Assembly (NCBI RefSeq): GCF_046119375.1
Contig: NW_027362761.1
Location: forward strand, 1,116,434,001 to 1,116,498,000
Direction of reading: 5' to 3'
Source: Phyllobates terribilis
Taxonomy: Eukaryota
Length of the DNA stretch: 64,000 bases
In this document: one piece after another, positions 1-12,306 of the stretch
Numbering within the stretch: the first letter of the stretch is position 1
Layout: each line of letters opens with the position of its first letter
Position numbers and translations under genes: made by a program
The notes under the pieces: generated by a model
What the model saw: the letters and a program-made list of their open reading frames with translations, nothing else
The model's database searches: none
Told to the model about the DNA's origin: nothing

Positions 1-503
1 TCAATAAGTGCGGATCAAAAAAAAGAAAAAAAATCACATCTCGAAGGCAGAGGTGTTGAAAACACTCAGGACATGGAAAATTTTGTAATGTGAAATAAAT
101 GAAGAAGCGGCAGCTAAGTAATTGAGGTAACCTGTTATCTGTGCTACTGATGACACACAATGAACCTGATCCCTTGTCCGCGCCCGGCTGATATCTTTAC
201 AACTACAGTCCAGAGAAAGTACAGGAATACTCTTAGAGACGAGGACATGGTCAGAATTTTTTTTAATCTGCTGCACTTTGCACGGTACAGTAACTTTATC
301 ACCTTACTCCTTTTACTAACCGTACCGTTAATGTGTCTAGGGCAGTAAAGCCGTAAACACATCAACATCATTATTCATGTTTATGGAGAGTGGTGTTAAA
401 AGCAGTGACCTTAGCTAAGGTGACAAGTGCTGTATAGTGTGCGGAGAAGTCTACAGTATGTAGGGACAGTATTGTCATGGGATACAGACATCCTACTCAC
501 TAC

Positions 504-960
504 TGTGACGCCTCATGCTCGAAAAAGCCCTTTAGTTTACCCTGGGAGATGGGGGACTCGGAATCGGGTCCTGTGATGGAGAGATGGGATGCAGCCGTGG
601 CCCGGACCCGACCCGTGCTCAGGGCCGTCACATTAAAAAGGATGGTATGGGCTTATCCGGGTTGAGTGGCTGATTAACGACTACGCCACCTGTGGTGCCT
701 GGTGAAGGGCCACCAGCGCCGCTGCAGTCCGCTGAGGCATGGTGTTATGGCGGCCAAAGTTCTTACTACTCCCCACAGGCGGAGCAGGGCCTCAGGGCAG
801 AGGAACAGGATGGAGGGGGTAGTAGTAGAGGAGAACGGATGCCGCGTCTCGCGGTGTGGCGCAGAAATAACAGTCCGGAGGCCATAGGGGTGAACTTCCA
901 AGGCTTTACTCACTTTAGAGATGGCAGAAGGAAGGTGACTCCCTGCTCCTCGCGGCATGG
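504..960. mobile_element. LTR-like fragment (related to 10886-11830)
   Basis: Starts TGTGACGCC; shares gacccg..ccgtgc.caggg, CGACTACGCCACC and ccgctgaggc motifs with the 10.9-11.8 kb insert. Right boundary approximate. Confidence 0.4.
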
Positions 961-964
961 ATTT

Positions 965-1560
965 ATACAGTGTGAACAGTAAAAATTAAAACAAATAAAG
1001 CTATACTCACCCCCGAGGCCCCGGCGTGTGCTGCAGCGCTGCTTCCTGGCTGGTTCCCGGCTGCCGGCATATCGCGAGACAGAGCGGTGAAGGGCCTGCG
1101 GTCACATGACTGTGACGTCACCGAAGGTCCTTCAGCGCTGCTGGCATTCAGAGACAAGCCGCCGGACAGGTGAGTATAAACTTTATTTGTTATTTTATTC
1201 TTTTTTTACAGGTACAATGGTACCCAGGTCTGGATGAGAGTCTCCTCTCCTCCAGACCTGGGTACCATCCGCACATAGAGACGCATAGAAGCCGCTTGTA
1301 AAAATGTACAGTCGCGGTTTCTGTGCGTCTCAATGCAAGTCAATGGCGGGAGTTCCGCTGCGCTTCCGCAAAATTAAAAGACATGCTGCGGATTTTTGTA
1401 CGCAGCATAAACGCTGCGGAAAAATCCGCAGCATGTGCATAGAACATGCGGAATCCCCTTGGGGACCATGGGGTGCGGATTACCTAGCGTTTTACAAGCG
1501 TTTCCGCTGCAGAAATTCCGCAGCATAAACGCTTGAAAAACGCTACGTGGGCACCCAGCC
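965..1560. mobile_element. PIF/Harbinger-type MITE, right part
   Basis: Ends gtgggcacccagcc|tta; homologous to the copies at 13688, 25372 and 57188. Confidence 0.7.
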
Positions 1561-2568
1561 TTAAGGAGAATCTGATTTTCAGCTATACATTGTATGGCTT
1601 TTATTGCCATTAATCTAGTGAAGGGCAAGATGGCCTAAACATTTGGTGTCATTTGCATCTCCAAACCCAAGGTAAGATGCAAGGGTTGCCTACATCAGCG
1701 GGACAGTATTTCAAAAGTGAGAACCAATATGGCTGCTATTGCCATCTTAGCAAAAAAATAGTTAAAAGTAAGAACATAAAATTACCAAGCTTTGGCTGCT
1801 ACTCTAATCTCTGATTAAATAATATGTTTCCATTTTTAAGTTTTTAGGTGGAAATCCTCTTCAAGCCCAATCATATGGTAGTCCTGTCACCTTCCATTTT
1901 TTTATGACGTCTTCAGCAAGTTGAAGTTGCTCAGAAGGTATCTGCATAAGTCTCACTTTTCCATTTACACTAGAGTTTTAACATTTAGTCTCATATCATA
2001 ACCATATAATGTGAAGAACAGTCTTGAGGACAGTTGTTAACCATTGACTCCACATATTTCTATTAATATATTATACTCATGTAAAATGCAGACAGTTTAA
2101 TGCTTCAGGTGGGAGGATGATCCCTCTCCTCACAATTCATCACATAGCTGGTTAAAGATTGACACTTTAACTTCTGTACTCGGGCTCTCGTCTATGTACC
2201 TGGACACGTTGGCTGCCAAAATTCTAGGAAACGAACAAGTGAATAATGTGTACCAATTACTTAAGAGAAATCCAAGGAATTAGGTTGGCATAAGGGTGGC
2301 CACCAGAAGCTTTGTATCTTACATCATAAAAGTCGGTGACATAGTACTGGAAAATGGAAGCGTTGTGTGTGATATGCATGAGGTCTATGACAGTAGTCTT
2401 TTCATTCGGGACCTTGCAATAACTCATTTCACAATAGTTTAAACTTCAGACAAAAATTGATAAATAAGTATTAATTTGATAAAATTTGTAATACAACCAC
2501 ATTTAGCCTTCATATTATGACTTTACATCCAAGCCAATAGTAAGTTTTATGATCCCATGTAAGCGCAT

Positions 2569-2878
2569 CTCAAGCCAGACATGTCACTAGAAGCAAGGAT
2601 CACCAGGCTACAACTTGCCTACTTTGGACACATCATACAAAGAGAGCAATCACTGGAGAAGGACATCATGGTCGGAAGAATAGAAGGAACAATGTGAAGA
2701 AGAAGACCAGCAACCCGGTGGCTTGATACAATCAAGATAATGGCAGAGAAGACCCTGGTGGACGTATCTAGGCTTGCACAAGATCGATCTTCCTACAGAG
2801 CGTTCATCCATCAAGTCGCCATGGCTCCAGATTGAGCTGAAGACCGTTAATAATTCTAATAATAATAATAATAATAGT
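2569..2878 (+). mobile_element. RTE-clade (BovB-like) LINE 3' fragment
   Basis: Translates LKPDMSLEARITRLQLAYFGHIIQREQSLEKDIMVGRIEG..RRRPATRWLD (with stops), typical of the RTE ORF C-terminus, followed by a (TAA)n tail. Confidence 0.75.
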
Positions 2879-2980
2879 AACAGCATCATAGGGATGTATC
2901 CTACAGTTAATGGTAGGTACACCTTCAAAGGTTAATGCCAGAGTAGAGTCTACCCTAATAATACTATGAAGACCTCGGCA

Positions 2981-3212
2981 TTAAAAGGGTTGTCCACTAG
3001 TCATACAACCATGTCTTAAATACTATACACTAAAGCCCATTAGAAACCGCTGATAGGTTGCCAGACTCACGTGGCAGAATAATGTCATGTGAGCCTCGGG
3101 AGACCCAACACTAACATCACTGGAACGGGTGAATATAGGGTGTTTTTTAATTTACATTGGGAAATGTAGTGATTAAGATGGGGTTGTCCGAGTAGTAGGA
3201 CAATCTGTTTAA
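2981..3212. mobile_element. T2/Kolobok-type MITE
   Basis: ttaaaagggttgtcc ... ggacaatctgtttaa inverted termini with TTAA flanks. Confidence 0.55.
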
Positions 3213-3728
3213 TATGATGCTTCAAAATCTTTAGGTTCTATGCACAAGCATTCCATTAATTTCAATGCAACGTTTCTGTCATAACTCTGACCATCATCAG
3301 ACAACTGTATTGAAGAGGAGATTGTATCATTGCTATGGGGAGCGGTTCAACCAAATTTAGATAATTAGACCCTCGGTCTTTCTCAGATATGCAGTTGTAA
3401 TACGAATACTACAATGCGGCTATATTATGTCAGCACTAACGAGACAAAAAGGTAATGGAACATATTGTTTACTGATTTACCTATTTATATGTATATGTTT
3501 TTACATATACAGTCATGGCCAAAAGTATTGACATCCTTGAAATTGTTCCAGAAAATTAAGTATTTCTCCCAGAAAAGTATTGCAATTACACATGTTTTGG
3601 TACACACAGGTTTATTTCCTTTGTATGTATTGGAACAACACAAAAAAACTGAGAAAAAAAGGCAAATCGGACATAATTTCACACAAAACCCCAAAAATGG
3701 ACCAGAAAAAAATATTGGCACCCTCAAC

Positions 3729-4742
3729 TTAATATTTGGTTGCACACCCTTTGGAATAAATAACTGCAATCAATCACTTCCTATACCCATAAACAAGCTT
3801 CTTACATCTCTCAACTTGAATTTTGGACCACTCTTCTTTTGCAAACTGCTCCAGGTCTCTTATATTTGAAGGCGTCTTCTCCCGACAGCAATTTTAAGAT
3901 CTCTCCACAGGTGTTCAATGGGATTGAGATCTGGACTAATTGCTGACCACTTCATAACTCTCCAGTGCTTTGATTCCATACATTTCTGGGTGCTTTTTGA
4001 AGTATGATTGGGGTCATTGTACTGCTGGAAAACCCAGCTTTCTGACAGAGGGCACTACATTGCGACCCAAAATCCTTTGGTAATCTTCAGATTTCAGGAT
4101 GCCTTGCACACAGTAAAGACATCCAGTGCCAGAGGTAGCAAAACAACTCCAGAAAATCTTTCAACTTCCACCATATTTCACTGTAGGTACTGTGTTCTTT
4201 TCTTTGTAGGCCTCATTCTGTTTTCAGTAAACAATAGAAAGATGTGCTATCCCAAAAAGCTCCATCTTGGTATCATCTGTCCATAAGATGCTTTCCCAGA
4301 AGGATTTTGGCTTACTCACTTACATTTTGGCAAACTGCAGTCTAGCTTTTTTATGTCTATGTGTAAGCAGTGAGGTCCTCCTGGGTGTTCTGCCTTAGCG
4401 TTTCATTTCATTCAAATGTCGATGGATAGTTCATGCTGACACTGATGCACCCTGAGCCTGCAGGACAGCTTGAATTTGTTTGGAACTTGATTGAGGCTGC
4501 TTATCCACCATAAGGACTATCCTGCGTTGCAACCTTTCATCAATTTTTCTTTGACGTCCTTGTCCAGGGAGATTAGCTACTGTGCCACGAGTTGTAAACT
4601 TCTTGATTATGTTGCGCACCGTGGACATAGGAACATCAAGATCTCTGAAGATGGACTTGTAACCTTGAGATTGTTGATATTTTTCAACAATTTTGGTTCT
4701 CAAGCCCTCAGACAGTTCTCTTCTCCTCTTTCTGTTCTCTAT
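3729..4742 (-). pseudogene. Tc1 transposase pseudogene
   Basis: Probable start mutated to ATA; ENRKRRRELSEGLRTKIVEK..., ILWTDDTKMELFG, ends ATKY-stop; several in-frame stops. Confidence 0.85.
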
Positions 4743-4809
4743 GCTTAGTGTGGCACACATTGGCAAACAATGCAAAGATTGAGTCAACTTCTCCCCTTTT
4801 TATCTGGTT

Positions 4810-7800
4810 ACATATACATAGTTACATATACATAGTTAGTAAAGCCGAATAAAGACTTGCGTCCATCAAGTTCGACCTGTTAGTTCTGTAATTGCTAAAG
4901 TTGATCCAGAGGAGGGCAAAAACCCCAAATGATTTAGCCAATCTTCACCTGAGGAAAAATTCCCTCCCGACTCTGAAACCAGCAGTCAGAATAAATCCCT
5001 GTATCAACCTACTATTTTATTCTATTTTTAAGTATATGCTGAAATCTGCCTGGTATCTAGAAAAGCATCCAGTCCCCGCTTGAACTGGTTTAGTGAATCC
5101 GACATTACCGTCTCCTCACTCAGTGAATTCCATATTCTCACTGCTCTTACCGTAAAGAACCCCTTCCTATGCTGGTGCTGAAACCTTTTCTCTTCCAGTC
5201 TTAGTTAATGCCCTCTTGTTACCGTAATATCCCTCCTTTTGAACAAATCCCGGGCAAGGTCTCTATACTGTCCCCTAACATATTTGTACACATTTATTAT
5301 GTCCCCCCTCAACCTTCTCTTTTCCAGGCTGAATAGTCCTAGTTTTGCCAACCTCTCTGGGTATTGCAGTCCCTCCATTCCCTTTATTAATTTTGTTGCC
5401 CTCCTTTGTACCTTTTCAAGCTCATTTATATCCTTTCTATATATTGGGGCCCATAACTGAGCACAGTATTCCAAGTGTGGTCTGACCAGTGCTTTGTACA
5501 GTGGAAGAACAATGTTCTCATCCTTTGCAGCTATACCTCTTCTGATACATCCCATTACCCTGTTTGCCCTTACAGCAGCGGCCTGACTTTGGGCACTCCA
5601 ATTTAGTTTGCTATCAATCAAGATGCCCAAGTCCTTCTCCATCTCTGAATTCCCCAATGGTTTCCCATTCAGTGAGTACTGGTGACTTCCATTTTTCCTT
5701 CCCATATGTATGACCTTACATTTCTCCTCGTTAAACCTCATTTGCCATTTAATGCTCCACCTACCCAGATTATCCAAATCCCTCTGTAGGTCTGCACTGT
5801 CCTCTTTTGTATTAATTGTTTTACATAACTTTGTGTCATCTGCAAATATTGATATTTTACTATTTATCCCGTTGACTATGTCGTTAATAAATATATTAAA
5901 TAACATTGGGCCTAGTACAGACCCCTGTGGTACCCCACTAGTGACACTTACCCAATCTGAGTATATTCCATTTATAACCACCCTCTGCCTTCTATCCTTT
6001 AGCCAGTTAGCTACCCACTTGCAGACATTTTCCCCCAGCCCCATCATTCTCATTTTGTATACCAACCTATTATGTGGCACGCTATCGAACGCTTTTGAGA
6101 AGTCGAGATACACGACATCCACTGGTTCCCCCTGATCTACTCGAGAGCTAACCTCCTCGTAGAAGTCAATCAGGTTTGTTTGGCAGGAGCGATTCCTCAT
6201 GAATCCATGTTGGTTCGGGGTTAATAGATTATTAGCGTCAAGATGCTCCATGATTGCCTCATTAATAAAGCCTTCAAAAATTTTGCCCACAACGGACGTC
6301 AGACTCACCGGCCGATAGTTTCCGGCGTCACTTTTTGCTCCCTTTTTGAATATTGGCACTACATTCGCCTGTCGCCAATCAAGTGGCACAGACCCAGTCT
6401 CAACAGAGTCCTTAAATATAAGATATAACGGTCTGTCTATCACATTACTTAGTTCCCTTAGTACCCGTGGGTGTATGCCATCAGGTCCTGGTGATTTGTT
6501 TATTTTAATGTTACTGAGGCGTTTCTGTACCCCAGCTTGGGTTAGATTTGTCATACTTAGTGGAGGATTAAGTTTGTCACTTCTCATTTCGCCTGTTAGT
6601 TCTTTTTCCTTTGTGAAAGTTGACGAAAAAAATTTATTTAATAGATTAGCTTTATCCTCATCTTTCTCTATGATTTTGCCTTCATCACTTTTTATCGGTC
6701 CAATATTATTCGATTTAATCCTTTTACTATTTATATACGTAAAGAACAGTTTGGGATTTGATCTACTTTCCCTAGCAATACGTCTCTCTGTTTCCTCCTT
6801 TGCTATTTTTATTTGTTTTTTACAGGTTCTCGTTTTTTCCTTGTAACACATTAGTGCCTCCTTGCTGTTTTCCTGTTTTAATCTCTTGAATGCCTCTTTT
6901 TTGCTATTTAACGCCCCTTTTACGTTCTTGTTCAACCATATTGGTTTCCTCTTATTTCTGGCCCTTTTATTCCCATACGGTATATACCTCTCGCACTGAG
7001 TATTCAGAATTCTTTTGAAGGTTTCCCATTTACTATTCGTATTTCCTTGATTAAGAACTTTGTCCCAGTCTATAAGTTGAAGGCTTTCTTTCAGCTGATC
7101 AAACTTCGCCCTCCTAAAGTTTAATGTTTTTGTTGTTCCCTTATTGATAACCCTACTGAAGGGCATTTTGAAGTCGATAATATTATGGTCGCTATTACCT
7201 AGGTGCCCCCCTATCTGTACCTCAGTTATTCTATCAGGCCTATTAGTCAATATTAAGTCCAACACGGCCTTCCCTCTCGTTGGTTCCTGCACTAGTTGGG
7301 AGAGATAATTATCCTTGATATTTGTCAAGAACCTTTTTCCTTTCTGCGATCTACAGGTTTCTGTTTCCCAATCAATATCCGGGTAGTTGAAGTCCCCCAT
7401 TACAATCACCTCATTATGTTTTGCTATTTTGTCTATTTGTCCTAATAGCAGTTTCTCATTCTCCTCTGTTATATTGGGTGGCTTATAGCAGACCCCCAGT
7501 AATATTTTATTATTATTTTTTGCCCCCTCTATCTCTACCCACATGGACTCGACCCCCTCTTCTCCCTCTCCTATATCTTCCCTTAGTCTGGGCTTTAGAC
7601 GTGACTTTACATATAAGCAGACTCCTCCGCCCTTCCCCTGTTTCCGGTCCCTTCTAAATAAACTATAATCTGTTAAATTTACCGCCCAGTCGTAGCTATC
7701 GTCTAGCCAAGTCTCTGTTATACCTACGATGTCATACCTCTCCTCCGATATAAGCGCCCGCAGCTCATCCGCCTTATTGGTCAGGCTTCTTGCGTTGGTC

Positions 7801-7995
7801 AGCATGCAAGATAAAACTTTGGGGTTATTTAGCATCCTATTCTTCTCTAACGATCTAACTGTACTATCCCCACCCCCCTCTCCACCCTCATTATATTCAC
7901 TTCTCCCCTTCCCCCTTGCTTGCCTCACATCCCACCTATTTCCTTGGTTTCCCCCCCCCGTCTCTAGTTTAAAAACTCCTCCAACCTATTAGCCA
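4810..7995 (-). mobile_element. CR1 LINE, 5'-truncated at the end of ORF1, with complete ORF2 and 3' UTR
   Basis: ORF1 tail LANRLEEFLN-stop at 7995-7964, then ORF2, then a 3' UTR ending in tandem TAACTATGTATATG-type repeats at about 4807-4838. Confidence 0.92.
5205..7928 (-). CDS. CR1 ORF2: apurinic-like endonuclease + reverse transcriptase (907 aa to a premature stop)
   Basis: TNARS/GITETW/GDFN/SDHN endonuclease motifs; PIFKKG/YRPVSL/DFSKAFD/GVPQGSVLGP/FADD RT motifs. The frame resumes after the TAA for 58 codons to a second TAA at 5030-5028. Confidence 0.93.
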   Translation of the reverse strand: MRQARGKGRSEYNEGGEGGGDSTVRSLEKNRMLNNPKVLSCMLTNARSLTNKADELRALISEERYDIVGITETWLDDSYDWAVNLTDYSLFRRDRKQGKGGGVCLYVKSRLKPRLREDIGEGEEGVESMWVEIEGAKNNNKILLGVCYKPPNITEENEKLLLGQIDKIAKHNEVIVMGDFNYPDIDWETETCRSQKGKRFLTNIKDNYLSQLVQEPTRGKAVLDLILTNRPDRITEVQIGGHLGNSDHNIIDFKMPFSRVINKGTTKTLNFRRAKFDQLKESLQLIDWDKVLNQGNTNSKWETFKRILNTQCERYIPYGNKRARNKRKPIWLNKNVKGALNSKKEAFKRLKQENSKEALMCYKEKTRTCKKQIKIAKEETERRIARESRSNPKLFFTYINSKRIKSNNIGPIKSDEGKIIEKDEDKANLLNKFFSSTFTKEKELTGEMRSDKLNPPLSMTNLTQAGVQKRLSNIKINKSPGPDGIHPRVLRELSNVIDRPLYLIFKDSVETGSVPLDWRQANVVPIFKKGAKSDAGNYRPVSLTSVVGKIFEGFINEAIMEHLDANNLLTPNQHGFMRNRSCQTNLIDFYEEVSSRVDQGEPVDVVYLDFSKAFDSVPHNRLVYKMRMMGLGENVCKWVANWLKDRRQRVVINGIYSDWVSVTSGVPQGSVLGPMLFNIFINDIVNGINSKISIFADDTKLCKTINTKEDSADLQRDLDNLGRWSIKWQMRFNEEKCKVIHMGRKNGSHQYSLNGKPLGNSEMEKDLGILIDSKLNWSAQSQAAAVRANRVMGCIRRGIAAKDENIVLPLYKALVRPHLEYCAQLWAPIYRKDINELEKVQRRATKLIKGMEGLQYPERLAKLGLFSLEKRRLRGDIINVYKYVRGQYRDLARDLFKRRDITVTRGH

Positions 7996-8521
7996 GGTTT
8001 CAGGTGTTTCAGGTGTGATTTTCATATTTCTCACACCTGTTACTTGCCACAGGTGAGTTTGAACGAGCATCACATGCTTGAAACAAAGTTGTTTACCCAC
8101 AATTTTGAAAAGGGTCCAACAATTTTGTCCAGCCCTTTTTGGAGGTTTTGTGTGAAATATGTCCAATTTGCCTTTTTTTCTTATTTTTTTTTTGTATTGT
8201 TCCAATACACAGAAAGGAAATAAACATGTGTATAATAAAACATGTGTAATTGCAATAATTTTCTCTGAGAAATACTTTCTTTTCTGGAACAATTTGAAGG
8301 GTGGCAACACTTTCAGCCATGACTGTATAATACAGAAAATGTGTAGAAATGTAAAGGGAATATTGAACAGCTGCTTCACTTGTATAAGTGCTGCTTCACC
8401 TGTTTTACCAAATTAACCTACTAATGTAACTATGGTCCTAAGAGCCGTTGTACAAATTGTGGATCCTACTACTCCAGCTAAGGCTCTGCTCTTGTCTTGT
8501 CTTTAATGCATATTAAGTGTG

Positions 8522-9360
8522 CATAATAATAATTTTTATTTTGATAACGCCAACCTATTCCACAGCACTTTACAATTCAGAGTGGACATGTACAAACAAA
8601 ATACGACATTACAGAGTTACACATAATTCAACACATACCAGGAGGAGAGAGGGCCCTGCTCATAAAATTACAATTTCATGAGGAATTGGGGTGACACAAA
8701 GGGTAAAAAGTGCTTGTATTGTATGGTCCAGCCATCAATAAAATAAATAGGGGCATTCAAATAACGCTGCATGAACCGGTCACCAGCCAGTATGTGTACA
8801 AGTACAGACACAAAGTGCTACAGAATGTATGGAGAGTGTGAAAACAGATGATAGGAGGGATCAGATTCTGAGGAAAAATTTTTGGGCACACATAAAATTG
8901 TGGATACTGGGAATTAACTGGATTGTCTGAGGTAGTGCATTTCAAAGAGCTCGCACAGTACTAGAGAAGTCTTGGAGATGGGCGTGGGAGGCTCGGACTA
9001 TGGAAGATGTTAATCTTAGGTCTTAGCAGAACAGAAAGCACAGGTATGGTGTAGACTGAGACAAGGTAGATGTAGGGTGGTGCAGAATTGTGGAGCTTTG
9101 TGCTTAAGAGTGATAGGTTTATGTTGTACTCTGCAGTGAATGGGCAACCAGTGCAAAGGCTGGCACAGAGTGGAGGCAGCAGTGTAGCAGCTGGACAGAA
9201 ATATGATCCTGGATGCTGCATACTGTATGGATTGGAATTAATCATAGCTAGAGTTTTGCAGACTCAAAGGTAAGAAAAGGTTAAAATCTAGAGATGTTTC
9301 TGAGGTGTAGGTGGAATGAGCCAGCAAATGATCATATATACTGGAAATACATCCAAACAT
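8522..9360 (-). mobile_element. L2-clade LINE 3' fragment, degraded
   Basis: Minus-strand remnant RASHAHLQDFS..LWNALP and a tail resembling tgtaaagtgctgtggaataggttggcg...(TTA)n; abuts a MITE at 9361. Confidence 0.65.
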
Positions 9361-9363
9361 TAA

Positions 9364-9683
9364 GGCTGTGTGGCCACGATGCGTTTTTGGTGCGTTTTTG
9401 GTGCAGATTTGCAGCTTGCATTGCATACCTTATCCCATGACTTCCTATGACATTCTGCAAGTTCTGTGCACATTGTCAGGATTTTTTCTGCTCGGATTTT
9501 ACTCGCAGAAAAAATCCGGATATGACCAATTCTTGTGCGTTTCTGCATGCAGATTTGCCATGTGAAAGCATGGCAAAAACGCATCAAAAACGCATGTAAA
9601 AACCGCATGCGTTTTTCTGCCAAGGAGATGCAGAAATGCTCAGGAAATTTTCTGCTTCATTTCTGCATCGTGGGCACATAGCC
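9364..9683. mobile_element. PIF/Harbinger-type MITE
   Basis: TAA|GGCTGTGTGGCCACG ... CGTGGGCACATAGCC|TAA; matching 3-bp TSD; internally palindromic. Confidence 0.8.
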
Positions 9684-10885
9684 TAACACCAACGCACCCC
9701 ACATCTGCAGGCAGATGTTTGTTTTGTAAATGTTGGCATATCTTTTTAACCCCTTAAGGACGGAGCCAATTATGTACTTAATGACCAGACCAAATTTTAC
9801 AATTCTGACCACTGTCACTTTATGAGGTAATAACTCTGGAACGCTTCAACAGATCCCACTGATTCTGAAAATGCTTTTTGTGACATATTGTACTTCATGG
9901 TACTGGTAAAATTTCTTCGATATGACTTGCGTTTATTTGTGAAAAAAAAAGGAAATGTGACGAAAATTTTGCAATTTTCAAATTTTTAATTTTTATGCCC
10001 TTAAATCAGAGAGATATGTCACACAAAATAGTTAATAAATAACATTTCCCACATGTCTACTTTACATCAGCACAATTTTGGAACCAAAATTTTTTTTTGT
10101 TAGGAAGTTCTAAGGGTTAAAAGTTGACCAGCGATTTCTCATTTTTCCAATGATATTTACAAAACCATTTTTTTAGGGACCACATCACATTTGAGGTGAC
10201 TTTGAGGGGTCTACATGACAGAAAATACCCAAAAGTGACACCATTCTAAAAACTGCACCCCTAAAGGTGATCAAAACCCAATTCAAGAAGTTTATTAATC
10301 CTTCTCGTGCATCACAGGAACTGAAGCAACGTGGAAGGAAAAAATGAACATTTAACTTTTTTTCACACAAATTTTACTTCAGGCACCAAATTTTTAATTT
10401 TCTCAAGGGTAGCAAAAGAAAATGAGCCACAAAAATTGTGCAATTTCTCCAGAGTACACCGACACGCCATATGTGGGCGAAAACAGTGGAAACCCCCAAC
10501 AAGTGACACCATTTTGGAAACTAGACCCCTCAGGGAACTTATCTAGATGTGTGGTGAGCACCTTGAACCCCAAGGTGCTTCACAGAAGCTTAAAACATTG
10601 AGCCGTAAAAATAAAATTTTCAAATTTTTCCCACAAAAATGTTTTTCAGCCCCCAATTTGCATTTTCATAAGGGTAACAGGAGAAATTGCACCATAAAAT
10701 TGTTTGTGCAATTTCTTCTGAGCACGCCAATACCCCATATGTGGGTGAAAACCACTGTTTGGGCACACGGCAGGGTTCAGAAGGGAAGGAGCGCCATTTC
10801 ACTTTTTGAGTGTAAAATTTGCTTGAATAATTAGTGGACGCCATGTCGCGTTTGGAGAGCCCCTGATGTGCCTCAACAGTGGAAA

Positions 10886-11830
10886 TGACGCGCCCCTGGG
10901 CCTGTGTCGCGCTGCGTTGCGCACGCGGGAGCTTACCCGGAGCCGGATCTGTTGAGGGTTGTAGTCTCGTGGCGGTGACCCGGTCCGTGCCCAGGGAGTC
11001 AAACTGAGCGGTGATGTATCAGCGGTAGATGTTGGACGACTACGCCACCCGTTGAGTACAGCTAAGGAGCTGCTGCTGCAGGTCAGACCGCTGAGGCCGG
11101 TGGTAGGATTGTGCAGCGTGATAGTATAACCCCCAACGGGAGGGGTATGGCCTCAGGGCAGCCGACGTGGATGATGGGGGTAGCAGGAACCACTCGGAGA
11201 CGGTACGGTGTAGTTCAGGGTCTTTACTGGTGACAAAGATAGACCCTCCCGGAGTACTGGCTAGCGATTGGGGCCTGGTCAGTCCTTGAGCAGATGGGAT
11301 CTCCCCTGGCCAGGCGGAGTTGTAGGCCTCCCAAACTAACTGTACTCTTCTGGCTACCTTGCTAGAGGCGGGTATAAGTAGCCCACGTCCCTCAGTGTAC
11401 CGTGTGGTGCTCACCCGTATGGCCGGTGACTCGGGGCCTTCGGGTTTCTTGGCCAGAGGACCTGGAATCCCCTGCCTGACGGATTCTGCTGCTGGGTAGG
11501 AGTTAGTCCCCACAGCCTCGGACTCCGGGTCCGGTAAGAAATCTTCTCAGTCAGGGCGAGCTCTGCAGCTGCCAGCCCTTGACTCCTTGTAACACTGCTC
11601 CCACAGAGCTCCTGATGTTCTGTTCCTATATTTGCTTCTTTCCTCTGTCTCTACTTCTTCTCTACTCACTAACCCTGCCTCAGCCCTAGGTTTATATAGG
11701 GGAAGTTCTTCCCCTCCCAGGACTGGGCAGGAGGTGTGGCATGCATAGGATCCCTGACCAAGAGACCTCCCACCTGCTCTCAGACGTAATATCTCTATCA
11801 CTGTGGCAACCAGACCCCTGGGGTGTCACA
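10886..11830. mobile_element. Solo-LTR-like insert inside the piggyBac-type element
   Basis: TGACGCGCCCCTGG ... CCTGGGGTGTCACA inverted ends; interrupts the host motif cagtggaaa/ccccacaag; no clean TSD. Confidence 0.55.
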
Positions 11831-11947
11831 TTAACACCCCACAAGTGACACCATTTTGGAAACTAGACCCCTTAAGGATTTTATCAAGGGGCATAGTGAA
11901 CATTTTGAACCCACAGAATTAGGTCATCAAAATGAATATGTTGTCTC

Positions 11948-12261
11948 TAGTTTTGAGCGCAAATGCTCGCTACTTGAGTTTGCATCGGGTGCTCTAGTAT
12001 GCACCAAGTATCGCGGGTGCTCGAGTAGTGACATGCTCGAGTCTCCACCCCGCATGTTTCACGGTTGTTAGACACCCCAAAAAAACATACGGGGATTGCT
12101 CGTGTATGGCACGCAATCCCCGCGTGTTTTTTTTGGCTGTATAACAACTGCGAGACATGCGGGGCGAGGGCTCGAGCATGTCACTCGAGCACCCATGATA
12201 CTTGGTGCATACCCGAGCACCCGATGCAAACTCAAGTAGCGAGCACTTGCGCTCAACACTG
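11948..12261. mobile_element. Fold-back MITE with hAT-like termini
   Basis: TAGTTTTGAGCGC ... GCGCTCAACACTG; almost the whole 314 bp is a palindrome. Confidence 0.7.
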
Positions 12262-12306
12262 GTCGCCATATTGTCATCATTTTTTTTTCTTTACTTTTGA
12301 AAAAAT

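Larger units (their letters stand above)
3510..8325 (-). mobile_element. Tc1-like DNA transposon (about 1.6 kb, long TIRs) interrupted by a CR1 LINE
   Basis: TA|CAGTCATGGCC ... GCCATGACTG|TA, about 200-bp imperfect inverted repeats, transposase remnant on minus strand. Confidence 0.9.
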
